From Gemmatimonadales bacterium (lineage in GTDB: Bacteria; Gemmatimonadota; Gemmatimonadetes; Gemmatimonadales; GWC2-71-9): a stretch of 64,000 nt of DNA. Within the stretch, counting starts at the first letter, position 1. The number at the start of each line of letters is the position of its first letter. Location of the stretch: NCBI GenBank assembly GCA_035708725.1, contig DASTFH010000003.1, positions 16,828 through 80,827 of the forward strand. Direction: 5' to 3'. The position numbers and the translations under genes are program-made. This document shows, piece after piece, positions 46,542 through 56,052 of this stretch. The notes under the pieces are model-generated. The model had not been told where the DNA came from and ran no database searches. It saw only the letters and a program-made list of their open reading frames with translations.

Positions 46542-47183
46542 TTACCGTCCCAGCCGCCTCCGTAGCCCTGCCAGCAGCCCCCGTGCCTCGCTGGTCGGTG
46601 GTCGCTCGATGATCACGACCTTGCTCATGAACCCTTGGCCGGTGAGCCGCACGAGCAGGCCATTTGGTTCGGTGACGTCCCGGGCTCGCCTGTGCCTGGA
46701 ACCAGACAGCGTCTCCTCGATTTCGTTCTCGATTTGCGTGCCCGGCGGGATGATCAGGTGGAGCTTGCCACAGATCGAATCCACGTCAATCTCCAACGTG
46801 TCCGCCTCGAACCACGCATCACGCAGGTCCAGCTTCAGGTCACCGAACAGGATCTTGGCCTCAATGAGCAGCGGCACCGTCCACTGCCCCGAACGCCTGG
46901 TACCGGAGAACACGGCCGAGAGCCGCATCAGCTCCAGCGGCGCGACCGCCGCCGTTTGCATCGGCGCCGGCAGCGGCGTGTCGAGCCGCTGCAGCGCGTA
47001 GTCTCCTGACGCGTCCAGGTCGCCCAGAATCTGCCGCATCGCGGCTGGCGTCGGCGCTTCCCGCAACAGCAGCAGGCGCTGCTCGAATAGCTCGACCGAG
47101 ATGCGCTCGTGTGCCTGTGCCACGCACAGGGCATGAATGGCGTCTCGGCGGGCGGCGTCGAGGTCGGTGTCCGGGTGGGGCAT
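46542..47183 (-). CDS. DUF1707 / LiaF-C-like domain protein
   Basis: Start at MPHPDTDLDAARRDAIHAL. N-terminal DUF1707-like helix (ISVELFEQRL) and a C-terminal beta-rich region. Upstream track codons are repeat words. Confidence 0.55.
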   Translation of the reverse strand: MPHPDTDLDAARRDAIHALCVAQAHERISVELFEQRLLLLREAPTPAAMRQILGDLDASGDYALQRLDTPLPAPMQTAAVAPLELMRLSAVFSGTRRSGQWTVPLLIEAKILFGDLKLDLRDAWFEADTLEIDVDSICGKLHLIIPPGTQIENEIEETLSGSRHRRARDVTEPNGLLVRLTGQGFMSKVVIIERPPTSEARGLLAGLRRRLGR

Positions 47184-47190
47184 GGCTGAA

Positions 47191-47337
47191 GATAGATGGA
47201 CAGATGGACAGGTGGACAGCTTGACAGATGGACAGGTGGAGAAAGGAGGCTGGTCCAGCACTCGGTGGCTACCCATGCTTACTGTCCAACTGTCCAACTG
47301 TCCAACTGTCCAACTGTCCAACTGTCCAACTGTCCAG
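47191..47337. repeat. GGACAG words, then a CTGTCCAA 8-mer tandem array (~7 copies), in a divergent 5' region
   Basis: gatagatggacagatggacaggtggacagcttgacagatggacaggtgg ... actgtccaactgtccaactgtccaactgtccaactgtccaactgtccaactgtccagc. Confidence 0.85.
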
Positions 47338-47349
47338 CTATTGTTCCCC

Positions 47350-49407
47350 ATGTCCCGCAACCACCTCGCCGGCTCTGCCTCCGCCTATCTCGCCGCCGCT
47401 GCACATCAGCCAGTGCACTGGTATCCGTGGGGTGATGAGGCCTTCGCCGAGGCGCGCGCGCGCGATTGCCCGGTCCTGCTCGACATTGGCGCCGTGTGGT
47501 GTCATTGGTGCCATGTCATGGATCGCGAGTCGTACGAGTCGGAAGCGCTCGCAACGTTCCTCAACCAGCATTTCGTCTGCATCAAGGTGGATCGCGACGA
47601 GCGACCCGACGTGGATGCACGCTACCAGCGCGCCGTGCAGGCCATGAGCGGGCAGGGCGGTTGGCCGCTCACCGCGCTCCTCACGGCTGACGGCCAGGCC
47701 TTCTTTGGCGGCACCTATTTTCCCCCCGCCAACATGCACGGCCGGCCCGGCTTCCGGACCGTGCTCGACAGCGTGCTCGACGCCTGGCGCACCCGACGTG
47801 ACCAGGTGCACGCGCAGGCCGCGACGCTGACGCGGCTGGTCACCGAACACCTCGATGAGTCCGCAGCGGGCCCGGTGGCGTCATCCCGCCTCGCCGAGGC
47901 ATCCGCGTCGATGCTGCGACTGTTCGATCCCGAGTTCGGCGGATTCGGCCGGCAGCCCAAGTTTCCCCATCCGGCGGCACTGCGATTCCTGCTCGCCCGC
48001 TGGCACGAGTCGGATGATCCGCAGCTGCGCGATGTGGTCGAGCGCACCCTCGATGCCATGGCGCTTGGCGGCATCCATGACCAGCTGGGCGGCGGCTTTC
48101 ACCGCTACAGCGTGGACGCGCGCTGGGTCGTCCCGCATTTCGAGAAGATGTCGTACGACAACTCCGAGCTGCTCCGGATCTACACCGAGGCCTTCCTGGC
48201 GTTCGGAGACAATCGCTTCGCGGAAGTAGCACGGGGCATTGTCCGCTGGGTGCGTGAGACGCTGGCACAGGAGGGAGGCGGTTACGGCGCGAGCCAGGAT
48301 GCTGATGTCGGTCTCGACGACGATGGCGACTACTTCACCTGGACTCGCGCCGAGGCGGAGGCAGTGCTCTCGGGCGCCGAACTCGAGGTGGCGGCTGCGC
48401 ACTGGGACATTGGCACCGCCGGCGAGATGCAGCACGACCCCAGCCGCAATGTGCTCTTTGTCGCGGAAGCTCCCGGAAGCATCGGCCGCCGCATGCAGAT
48501 GACCGAAGACCAGGTGCGTGAACTGCTCGACAGCGCGGGTGACAAGCTGCGCGCGGCACGGAGCCGGCGCATCGCTCCCGCCGTCGATCCCACGCGCTAC
48601 ACGTCGTGGAACGCCATGCTCGCCTCGGCGATGCTGCTCGCCGGCATCGCGCTCGATGATGCGCCGGCACGCGACCATGCGCTGGCCACATTGCGACGGA
48701 TCCGCGCGGAGGCGCGAGAGCCCGATGCCGTGTCACATTCACCCTCGCAGGACCAGGGTTGGCTCGAGGACGCGATCCAGACGGCCGATGCTGCACTCAC
48801 CGCGTTCGAATTGACCGGCGAGGCCGCGTGGCTCGATTGGGCGGAAGCCCTCGCCGAGCGTGCGTGGGATGAGCACGAAGATCCGGTGGACGGCGCACTC
48901 TTCGATACGCGGTCCGATCCGGATGCCACGGGCCTGCTGGCAGCACGGGGCAAGCCGTCACAGGACGCGCCGACGCCGTCGGCCAATGGCGTCGCAGGAA
49001 TCGTGGCCTTCCGGCTCGCGCATGTCACGGGAGATGCAAAATGGGAGAAGCGAGGCAGGCGGCTCGTGGAGGCGTTCGGCGCCGGCCTCGCCTCGGCGAG
49101 CATCCACGGCGCGACACTGCTCCTCGCGGCCGACTGGGTGCTGTCACCGGTGGCGCAGCTGGTGATCGTCGGCGCGGATGACGACGAGACGGCCAGCGCC
49201 ATGCGTCTGACGGCCTGGCGCGCGTGGCGACCGAGGCGCGTGATCAGGCGATTGGCACCGGATGAGCAACTGCGCGGTGTACCGCCGGAGCTTGAAGCGA
49301 TGCTGGCGCACGCGGCGGGCGGGCCCGCAAGCTACCTGTGTGTGGGCACGAGCTGTCGCCCGCCGGCGCGGACGGTGGAGGAGTGGGAGGCGACGCTACG
49401 AAGGTGA
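47350..49407 (+). CDS. Thioredoxin-domain (DUF255) / six-hairpin glycosidase-like protein, YyaL family
   Basis: N-terminus HQPVHWYPWGDEAFAEARARDCPVLLDIGAVWCHWCHVM, and overall length typical of the family. Confidence 0.85.
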   Translation: MSRNHLAGSASAYLAAAAHQPVHWYPWGDEAFAEARARDCPVLLDIGAVWCHWCHVMDRESYESEALATFLNQHFVCIKVDRDERPDVDARYQRAVQAMSGQGGWPLTALLTADGQAFFGGTYFPPANMHGRPGFRTVLDSVLDAWRTRRDQVHAQAATLTRLVTEHLDESAAGPVASSRLAEASASMLRLFDPEFGGFGRQPKFPHPAALRFLLARWHESDDPQLRDVVERTLDAMALGGIHDQLGGGFHRYSVDARWVVPHFEKMSYDNSELLRIYTEAFLAFGDNRFAEVARGIVRWVRETLAQEGGGYGASQDADVGLDDDGDYFTWTRAEAEAVLSGAELEVAAAHWDIGTAGEMQHDPSRNVLFVAEAPGSIGRRMQMTEDQVRELLDSAGDKLRAARSRRIAPAVDPTRYTSWNAMLASAMLLAGIALDDAPARDHALATLRRIRAEAREPDAVSHSPSQDQGWLEDAIQTADAALTAFELTGEAAWLDWAEALAERAWDEHEDPVDGALFDTRSDPDATGLLAARGKPSQDAPTPSANGVAGIVAFRLAHVTGDAKWEKRGRRLVEAFGAGLASASIHGATLLLAADWVLSPVAQLVIVGADDDETASAMRLTAWRAWRPRRVIRRLAPDEQLRGVPPELEAMLAHAAGGPASYLCVGTSCRPPARTVEEWEATLRR

Positions 49408-49674
49408 GTCCGGGCTCGTCTCGCCCGGGCTTTCGCTGGTTCCGAAAACATGCTGATCGAGCCAGCAGGCAAACTGGAGGTCGCGCTCTTCATCCGGCTG
49501 CGCCGAGACTTCCGGCATCACTTGCCAGCGCTTGCCGGCGGACATCAGGTACCAGCCCGGTGGCGTTGCTTCGCGACGTTGCGCAGCGTTCGCCGGGACG
49601 GCTTCATAGGCCACGAAGTGAAAAGCGCGACCGCGATGGCGAAAATGGTGCTGCTGGACGGCCAGGCGGGTCAT
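49396..49674 (-). CDS. Hypothetical 92-aa protein
   Basis: GAGG lies 7 nt upstream of the ATG at 49674. No family recognised. 12-nt convergent overlap with the previous gene. Confidence 0.4.
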   Translation of the reverse strand: MTRLAVQQHHFRHRGRAFHFVAYEAVPANAAQRREATPPGWYLMSAGKRWQVMPEVSAQPDEERDLQFACWLDQHVFGTSESPGETSPDSPS

Positions 49675-49758
49675 GGGATACCTCGGGCGTGCGGCAGCCG
49701 CAAGGGCGACGATGCCGGCGGGAAATCGGCCATATCCGCAGGATGCGGATGCTGCAAT

Positions 49759-51144
49759 CTAGCCTCGTGGACCGCCTGAGGGCGGATGTCCGCTTTTCCC
49801 ACCGAATTTTCCGCCGCGCGACCGCTTCCGGCGCCGGCTGCCGCCCGCACCCCCGGCGCCCGCCCTGGGGGCGTTGCTTCGCGCCGCCGCGGCCGCTTCT
49901 GCCTCAGCCCGTCGCTTCACCTTGGCAGCTGCACGGGCGCGGTCATCCGCCTTTTTGGCCCGGATGGCCTTGATCCGTTCCTCGAGCGGAATCTCGAGCA
50001 CGGCGCCAGCCTTGGAGGTGTAATCGAAATCGGGCACGACAATCCTGGGGAGCCGCTTGCCCACCACCCGCTCGATGCTCCGCAATATCGGCTCCTCGTC
50101 CGGCGCAACGAACGTGAAGGCGTCACCCACCGCATCGGCGCGCCCGGTCCGGCCCACACGGTGGATGTAGTCCTCCGGCAATTTCGGCACATCGAAGTTG
50201 ACAACATGGCCCAGCTCCTCGATGTCGATCCCGCGCGCGGCGATGTCGGTGGCCACAAGCACGCGGTAGCGGCCGTCCTTGAAGCCGGCCAGCGCCTCGG
50301 TGCGCTGAGGCTGGGAGCGATTCCCGTGGATCCGCTCGGCTGCAATCCCATGCTGCACCAGATACTTCATCAAGCGGTCGGCCCGGTGCTTCGTGCGGGT
50401 GAAGACCAGCGCCTCCTGCATGTCACCGCGCTGCAGCAGTGACAGGAAGAGTGCCGACTTGAGCTCCTGCGCCACCGGATAGACGGCATGGGTGATCCCG
50501 ACCGCCGGCTTGGACTCCCGCTCGAGGTTGAGCGTCACTGGATTGCGCAGCATGGTCCGCGTAAGTGTCAGGATCGGGCCTGGCATCGTCGCGCTGAAGA
50601 ACAGGGTTTGCCGCCGCTCTGGCGCCGGCACGTGACGGAGAATCTTCCGGATCTCGGGCAGGAAGCCCATGTCGAGCATCCGGTCGGCCTCGTCCAGCAC
50701 CAGCACTTCGAGCCCGGTGAGCCTGGCATAGGGCTGGCGGAAATGGTCGAGGAGCCGGCCTGGCGTGGCGATGAGCACGTCAGCGCCGCTGCGGAAGGCA
50801 TGCTCCTGCGGGCCCATTCCCACGCCACCGAAGATGGCAGCACCCGTGATCGGTGTGTGCACCGCCAGCGCGTTCAGGTCCTCGAGGATCTGGGCCGCGA
50901 GTTCCCGCGTCGGCGTGAGCACGAGCGCGCGAGTGATGCCGCGCGGCTGGCCCAGCAAACGCTGCAGGATCGGCAGAATGAAGGCGGCCGTCTTGCCGCT
51001 GCCGGTCATGGCGCAGGCGAGCACGTCACGCCCGGCGAGGGCCGGCGGAATGGCATCGGCCTGGATTGCGGTGGGCCGAATGAATCCGAGTTCCCGGATA
51101 CCCTTCAGCAGGTCAGGATGGAGGCCCAGCGATGTGAAAGGCAC
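49759..51144 (-). CDS. DEAD-box ATP-dependent RNA helicase (RhlE-like) with a basic C-terminal tail
   Basis: Q motif, AMTGSGKT, DEAD (VLDEADRM), SAT and HRVGRTGRA. GTG start at 51144 gives the typical FTSLGL N-terminus; ATG 51201 is the alternative. Confidence 0.9.
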   Translation of the reverse strand: MPFTSLGLHPDLLKGIRELGFIRPTAIQADAIPPALAGRDVLACAMTGSGKTAAFILPILQRLLGQPRGITRALVLTPTRELAAQILEDLNALAVHTPITGAAIFGGVGMGPQEHAFRSGADVLIATPGRLLDHFRQPYARLTGLEVLVLDEADRMLDMGFLPEIRKILRHVPAPERRQTLFFSATMPGPILTLTRTMLRNPVTLNLERESKPAVGITHAVYPVAQELKSALFLSLLQRGDMQEALVFTRTKHRADRLMKYLVQHGIAAERIHGNRSQPQRTEALAGFKDGRYRVLVATDIAARGIDIEELGHVVNFDVPKLPEDYIHRVGRTGRADAVGDAFTFVAPDEEPILRSIERVVGKRLPRIVVPDFDYTSKAGAVLEIPLEERIKAIRAKKADDRARAAAKVKRRAEAEAAAAARSNAPRAGAGGAGGSRRRKRSRGGKFGGKSGHPPSGGPRG

Positions 51145-51458
51145 GGAGAATTCCCAGGAGGGAGAGAAACGGCTTCGGCGGGTGAAGCATAGCGGCCGCA
51201 CGGATGTGCGGCAATGCGCAAGACGGAAGGAGTCTCGCCGTTACCTGATCCAGAGCAACTCGGTCGTCTCGACGCGAACCGGCACACCCCCGATCCGCCC
51301 CGGTGCAAACCGGCACCTGGCTATGCTCTTCGCCATCTTTTCGCCCACCTGCGGACTGCTCGTCCGGAGCACTTCGATGCTGTGCTCATGCGCTCGGCCG
51401 TCTTCCCCGACCTCGAGTGGCGCGCGCCATTCAACTCACAGCTCTCAGCGCTCAGCGC

Positions 51459-52484
51459 TCAGCTCACAGCTTCCAGCGCCCCCACCACTTCCTCCGCATT
51501 CTCATATCGCGCGGCTGGGTCCGCTTGCAACAACCGCTCCACGACAGCGCCAAGTCCTGGCGGTACCTCGGGCCTCAACGTGGCAAGATCGGGAACCGGC
51601 TCTCGGGCCAGGACTGATGCTGCGACGGCGACGTTGTCACCCTCGAATGGCCGTCGGCCAGCCAGCATTTCGAACAGCACCACGCCCAGCGCCCAGAGAT
51701 CCGATCGGGCACCCACCGGAGCGCCGCTCAGTTGCTCCGGCGACATGTAGTGCAAGGTGCCGGGGCGCTCACCGGTGCGGGTGAGCTGCATGTCGCCCAG
51801 TTTCGCAATCCCGAAATCGAGAATCCGCACCTGCCCATCCGCACCCAGCATCAGGTTGGCCGGCTTGATATCCCGGTGAATGATCCCGCACCGATGGGCC
51901 GCGGCAAGCCCGCGCGCGACGTCCGCCGCAATCCGGACGGCGTCGGGTACCGGTAGCGCTCCCCGAGCGAGCCGGACCTTGAGGGTTTCCCCCTCGTAGA
52001 ACGGCAGGACGAGGAAGATTCGGCCATCTGGCAGCTCACCCGTCTCGATCAGCCCGCACACCGCCGGATGGTTCACCGTGGCCACGGCCCGCGCTTCTGC
52101 CAGGAGCCGTGCCTCCGCGCGAGAGCCCTTCTGCGCCGGCGCGGCGAGGAGCTTGACCGCCACATCGCGGCCGCGAGTGGCGTCACGCCCCCGGTAGACC
52201 AGGCCCATCCCGCCCGTACCGATGGGCTCCAGCACGGTGAGATCGCCTACCTGCTGGCCGGTCAGGCTGTCGCCTGCCTCGGGCCGCCCGGCATCCGGCG
52301 CCAGCACAGCCAGCAAGCGGTCGACCGGTCCCTCCCCGTCATGGCCCGCAAGCAGCGACACCAGCTCCTCGGCCATGGCCGGATCGCGGCGCTGAAGCCG
52401 CGCAAGCGCGTCCCGCCGCACCGAGCGCGGCAAGGGCGCAAGGCGGAAGAACAGCTCCTGGACCCTGTGCAATCGATCGATCAT
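51459..52484 (-). CDS. Ser/Thr protein kinase, catalytic domain only (no TM or sensor tail)
   Basis: GTGGMGLVY, VAVK, HRDIKPANL, DFG and SPEQ motifs. The N-terminal ~60 aa helical region is typical of sigma-associated kinases. The ORF ends just upstream of a GCTCAGCG word-repeat array (51430-51475). Confidence 0.8.
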   Translation of the reverse strand: MIDRLHRVQELFFRLAPLPRSVRRDALARLQRRDPAMAEELVSLLAGHDGEGPVDRLLAVLAPDAGRPEAGDSLTGQQVGDLTVLEPIGTGGMGLVYRGRDATRGRDVAVKLLAAPAQKGSRAEARLLAEARAVATVNHPAVCGLIETGELPDGRIFLVLPFYEGETLKVRLARGALPVPDAVRIAADVARGLAAAHRCGIIHRDIKPANLMLGADGQVRILDFGIAKLGDMQLTRTGERPGTLHYMSPEQLSGAPVGARSDLWALGVVLFEMLAGRRPFEGDNVAVAASVLAREPVPDLATLRPEVPPGLGAVVERLLQADPAARYENAEEVVGALEAVS

Positions 52485-52648
52485 GCGGACCAGTCTCCCG
52501 CGTCAGTGGCTGCTCGTCCTGCTGCCAAGAGAAGCCGGATGCAGGGCCCGGTGAGCTCAGCGGGCGCTGACTTCGGCTTTTCTCCCTGTCGCTCACTCAC
52601 CATGACTCCGGAAGGCCGGAGTCGCCACTTCACAGCTCGGAGACCGTC

Positions 52649-53290
52649 ATGCGCACGACCACTCTCATTGCGGCGCTCGTCGCCGCCAGCGCGATCACCG
52701 CCCTCGGCGTCGCCTGCACCGGCGAATCACCTACTGAAGCTGCGTCGCTGACAACGGCCCACGACGACATGTTCATGGGCGTCGGCAATTCGGAGCAGGC
52801 GCAGGCACAATATGCCGAACTCCGCCAGTGGCTCGCGCCACTGCACAATCCTGCCAAGGCCGCCGCCGCCGGCTACACGGCCCTCTTCGGGTGCATTGAC
52901 GAGACCACGGTGGGCGTGAGCGCCTCGAATGCCCGGGGCATGGGGTACCATGTGACGGCAGGCAACAGGGATATCGTGGGCGATGGCGTCATCAGTGTCA
53001 CCGAGCCCGAGTTCCTGGTCTACGCACCCGCCGAGAATGATGCGGCGCTCGCACCGGAAGACCGGCTCGCGGCGGCACGGCTCGTGGCCGTCGAATACTT
53101 CGTGCCTGGCACGACCAATGATGAATTCCACCAGCCCGCCGACATCCTCGGTGGTTCGTTCGTCTGGGTGGACCGCTTCCAGGGCTGGGCCCGCCATGTC
53201 TGGGTCTTTGGCCACAACCCCGCCGGCATCAACGACAACTGGAACACCGCCGTGCGGCTGTGCACGGATGCGATCCCATTTGAAAGCTGA
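52649..53290 (+). CDS. Hypothetical lipoprotein
   Basis: MRTTTLIAALVAASAITALGVAC lipobox. GGAG lies 7 nt upstream. Confidence 0.55.
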   Translation: MRTTTLIAALVAASAITALGVACTGESPTEAASLTTAHDDMFMGVGNSEQAQAQYAELRQWLAPLHNPAKAAAAGYTALFGCIDETTVGVSASNARGMGYHVTAGNRDIVGDGVISVTEPEFLVYAPAENDAALAPEDRLAAARLVAVEYFVPGTTNDEFHQPADILGGSFVWVDRFQGWARHVWVFGHNPAGINDNWNTAVRLCTDAIPFES

Positions 53291-53337
53291 GGATTGAACG
53301 CTGAAGGCTGAACGCCGTTGCCTTCAGCCTTCAGCGT

Positions 53338-53856
53338 TCAGCTCCCAGCCTCCAACTCCCTGTTCAGCCACGCCCGCGCCAGCTGCCAATCCCGCTTCAC
53401 GGTCGCCGGTGACAGGTCGAGCGCCTCCGCGATTTCGGGCACGGTCATGCCGGCGAAAAAGCGGCACTCGACCACCTTGGCGAGGCGCGGCTCGTCAGCT
53501 TCCAGGTGCTCGAGCGCTTCGTGAAGGGCGAGCAGCTGGTCCCCCACTTCGTCCGCGATGGCGAGATCGTCGCCGAGCTCGACCCGTACCTGCTTGCCGC
53601 CCCGCTTGCCGGCCCCCCGGCGCACGGCATGATCCACCAGCACACGCCGCATCGCCTGGGCCGCACCCGCAAAGAAGTGCGCGCGGCTCTGCCACTCGAT
53701 CCGCTCCAGCCGACCCAGTTTCAGGTAGGCCTCGTGCACCAGATCGGTGGTGCAGAGCGTATGATCGGAACGCTCACCGGCCAGCTGGCGGTGCGCCATG
53801 CGATGGAGCTCCTGGTAGAGCTCATGTGCGAAGCGATCGAGCGATTCGTGGGTCAT
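53338..53856 (-). CDS. ECF-type RNA polymerase sigma factor (TIGR02999-like subgroup)
   Basis: The sequences LVHEAYLKL and ATVKRDWQLARAWL are hallmarks, as I recall them, of the sigma subgroup usually linked to Ser/Thr kinases. Confidence 0.85.
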   Translation of the reverse strand: MTHESLDRFAHELYQELHRMAHRQLAGERSDHTLCTTDLVHEAYLKLGRLERIEWQSRAHFFAGAAQAMRRVLVDHAVRRGAGKRGGKQVRVELGDDLAIADEVGDQLLALHEALEHLEADEPRLAKVVECRFFAGMTVPEIAEALDLSPATVKRDWQLARAWLNRELEAGS

Positions 53857-53919
53857 CGGTCGCAGGTCATGGGTCGCAGCTCATAGGTCACAAGTCGTCG
53901 CACGTATGACCTACGACTA

Positions 53920-54222
53920 TCAACAATCCACCCTCAGCGGGCGGCGACTTCGGATCTCGTAATACTCCGTGCAGGCTCGGCCCGCGCGCTCGATGCCGCG
54001 GTGCCCGACACTATTGGCCCGCAAGTATTCGAACGGTGAGGTGTGCCCGCTCGAGTTCCAGTCCATCTCGGCCCAGCTGTACCCGGTGCGGTGCGCTGCC
54101 ACGGCAAGATAGCCGACGTAAAGCAGGGCAAAGACCAGCGCCGCTCCAGCGATATAGCCCAGCAGGCGCCGGAGCGTCAGCGGTTCATAAAGCGTTTCGC
54201 GGTGCTTGCGCTGTGTATGCAC
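53920..54222 (-). CDS. Hypothetical single-TM protein
   Basis: GTG start chosen to avoid overlap with the upstream gene. TM segment LLGYIAGAALVFALLYVGYLAV. Weak call. Confidence 0.35.
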   Translation of the reverse strand: MHTQRKHRETLYEPLTLRRLLGYIAGAALVFALLYVGYLAVAAHRTGYSWAEMDWNSSGHTSPFEYLRANSVGHRGIERAGRACTEYYEIRSRRPLRVDC

Positions 54223-54238
54223 GTCGACGGCCAGCGGT

Positions 54239-54454
54239 CTACGATCGGCCGTTGACCGTTGGCTGTCGACCGTCGACAGCCACAGGCGGGCAGGGCGCAT
54301 CACCGTAGGAACAGAAGACGCAGCAGTCGCCCGCCATGGGGCGTAGCAGCACCTGGCACACCGGACACTCGAAGAATCGCAGGCACGCGTTCTCCGGCAT
54401 CGGCTCCGCCGTGCGGGCGCCGCATTCCGGACAGGTGATGACGCCGGCCTGCAT
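54239..54454 (-). CDS. GDCCVxC-type small zinc-ribbon protein
   Basis: MQAGVITCPECGARTAEPMPENACLRFFECPVCQVLLRPMAGDCCVFCSYGD. The C-terminal tail runs into GTCGAC/GTCAACGG word repeats. Confidence 0.6.
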   Translation of the reverse strand: MQAGVITCPECGARTAEPMPENACLRFFECPVCQVLLRPMAGDCCVFCSYGDAPCPPVAVDGRQPTVNGRS

Positions 54455-54723
54455 CACGCCGCTTCCGCTCGCCTGCCCCGGGCCGGCGAGATATCGATCA
54501 TCAGCGCGATCACGATCCCGATCACGGGCCACAATCCCCAGTGCCCGCCAAACCAGTGCTGCACGGCGGTGTACCAGAGCAGCGTGGTCGGAAGGAAAAT
54601 GAACCCGAGGACAGGCCAGAGAATCGTCGTGAAAAGTCCCTGGAACCAGCTGGTGAGGAACCAGAGCAGCAGTATGACCACGCGCGGCACCGCCAAGGCC
54701 AGCACGGCAAGCAGGCAGGGCAT
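54454..54723 (-). CDS. Small 3-TM membrane protein
   Basis: 89 aa. TGATG 1-nt overlaps at both ends link it to the neighbouring genes. Confidence 0.55.
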   Translation of the reverse strand: MPCLLAVLALAVPRVVILLLWFLTSWFQGLFTTILWPVLGFIFLPTTLLWYTAVQHWFGGHWGLWPVIGIVIALMIDISPARGRRAEAA

Positions 54724-55292
54724 CAGTGACTCTCCATCCCGGTGGTGCAGGAGTCTGCGCCGGCCGGATCAGGCGCGCCGAAATGCGCGCGCACGAGCCG
54801 CACCGGCGAACTGTCGAGCTCGAGCACGAAAATCGTGGAATACGAAGCATCACAGAGGTCGGGCAACCTGGGGCCACCAAGCGCCGCAATGATGGGTGGG
54901 ACCGTATTACTGTGACCCACCACGAGCACGGCCTCCCCCTTCGGGATGCGGCGTACCGCGGCCGCGACCGCGGCCACGTGGGCGGAGTCGCCCCCACCGA
55001 GCGGTACCACCACCGGCGTCAGGTGGCGGGCGCTGATCACGCTGGCGGCCGTCAAGGTCGTCCGCTGCCGGGAGGTGACGATGATGTGGCTGATGTTCGC
55101 GTGCTGGAGCGCCGCCTGGAGCGCCTCGGCCCTGGCCCTGCCCGCCTCGCTCAGCGGCGGATCGTTCCCCGGCATGTTGGCCTTCTCCGCGTGGCGCACG
55201 AGAATGACCGTCTGCCCGGTGAGCGGCCCCGCAGCGCCGAGCAGGAGCGGAAACAGCAGGATGGCGACTCGCATGCGGTTCAGCGTCAGCAT
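54723..55292 (-). CDS. Histidine phosphatase superfamily protein (SixA/PGAM-like), exported
   Basis: Signal peptide, RHAEK catalytic motif (VILVRHAEK) and VVGHSNT. GAGGAA upstream of the ATG at 55292. Confidence 0.75.
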   Translation of the reverse strand: MLTLNRMRVAILLFPLLLGAAGPLTGQTVILVRHAEKANMPGNDPPLSEAGRARAEALQAALQHANISHIIVTSRQRTTLTAASVISARHLTPVVVPLGGGDSAHVAAVAAAVRRIPKGEAVLVVGHSNTVPPIIAALGGPRLPDLCDASYSTIFVLELDSSPVRLVRAHFGAPDPAGADSCTTGMESH

Positions 55293-55431
55293 CGGTTCCT
55301 CATGATCGTGCCCGGCGGACCGGCCGTCCCCTGCGGCTGGTGTCGCCTGCCGCTCCCCCGTAGTATGAAGGCGATGCGGCCCAGACGCGAGACTCCCGCC
55401 TCGCGCCCCGGAACCTGGAGGAGGACAATCG

Positions 55432-55902
55432 GTGTCGTCCGCTCGATCTGTGACATCTGTGGACCGGATTCGGGACCAGTTCGAGCGCGCCTGGGACGGT
55501 GACGCCTGGCATGGCCCCCCGCTGGCCGAGCTGCTTGGTTCGATCACGGCCGCGGCCAGTCAATGGTGCCCGGCTGCGGGGGCCCACACGATCCAGGAGC
55601 TGGCGTCGCACATCACCTTCTGGCTCGACGCAGCACACCGCCGGCTCGGTGGCGAGGCGTACCTGCCGACCGGCGGCGACTGGGACGTGCCGTCGGGAGA
55701 AGGCTGGGACGGCACCGTCGCACGACTTCGGGAGACCTATGCCTCGCTGGTCAACGCGATCGCGACGACCGCCGACTCTCGGCTGCCTGATCCCGTGGCG
55801 GGCAAGCCCTACGACGTGTACGTCCTGCTCCACGGCGTGCTGCAGCACACGCTCTATCACGCCGGCCAGCTCGCCATGATGCGGCGGCTGGCGGGTGGGT
55901 GA
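55432..55902 (+). CDS. DinB-superfamily (DUF664-like) protein
   Basis: Four-helix pattern with conserved His residues (ASHITFW..., LQHTLYHAGQL). Confidence 0.75.
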   Translation: MSSARSVTSVDRIRDQFERAWDGDAWHGPPLAELLGSITAAASQWCPAAGAHTIQELASHITFWLDAAHRRLGGEAYLPTGGDWDVPSGEGWDGTVARLRETYASLVNAIATTADSRLPDPVAGKPYDVYVLLHGVLQHTLYHAGQLAMMRRLAGG

Positions 55903-55974
55903 CTGCTTGGCGGCTTGGCGGCTCGGCGGCTCGGCGGCTCGGCGGCTCGGCAGGCTGCGAGCGAGCGGATCGTA

Positions 55975-56052
55975 TCGCCAGAGGGCGCGTCAGTGAGCAG
56001 TAGCCGGAATTCCCAGCCATCCTTCCTGAGCGAACTGCAGCGCCCGGCGGCG
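55975..56052. repeat. Copy 2 of the ~78-nt conserved-ends element
   Basis: tcgccagagggcgcgtcagtgagcagtagccggaatt...gagcgaactgcagcgcccggcggcg. Preceded by a GGCTCGGC word array (55905-55955). Confidence 0.6.
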
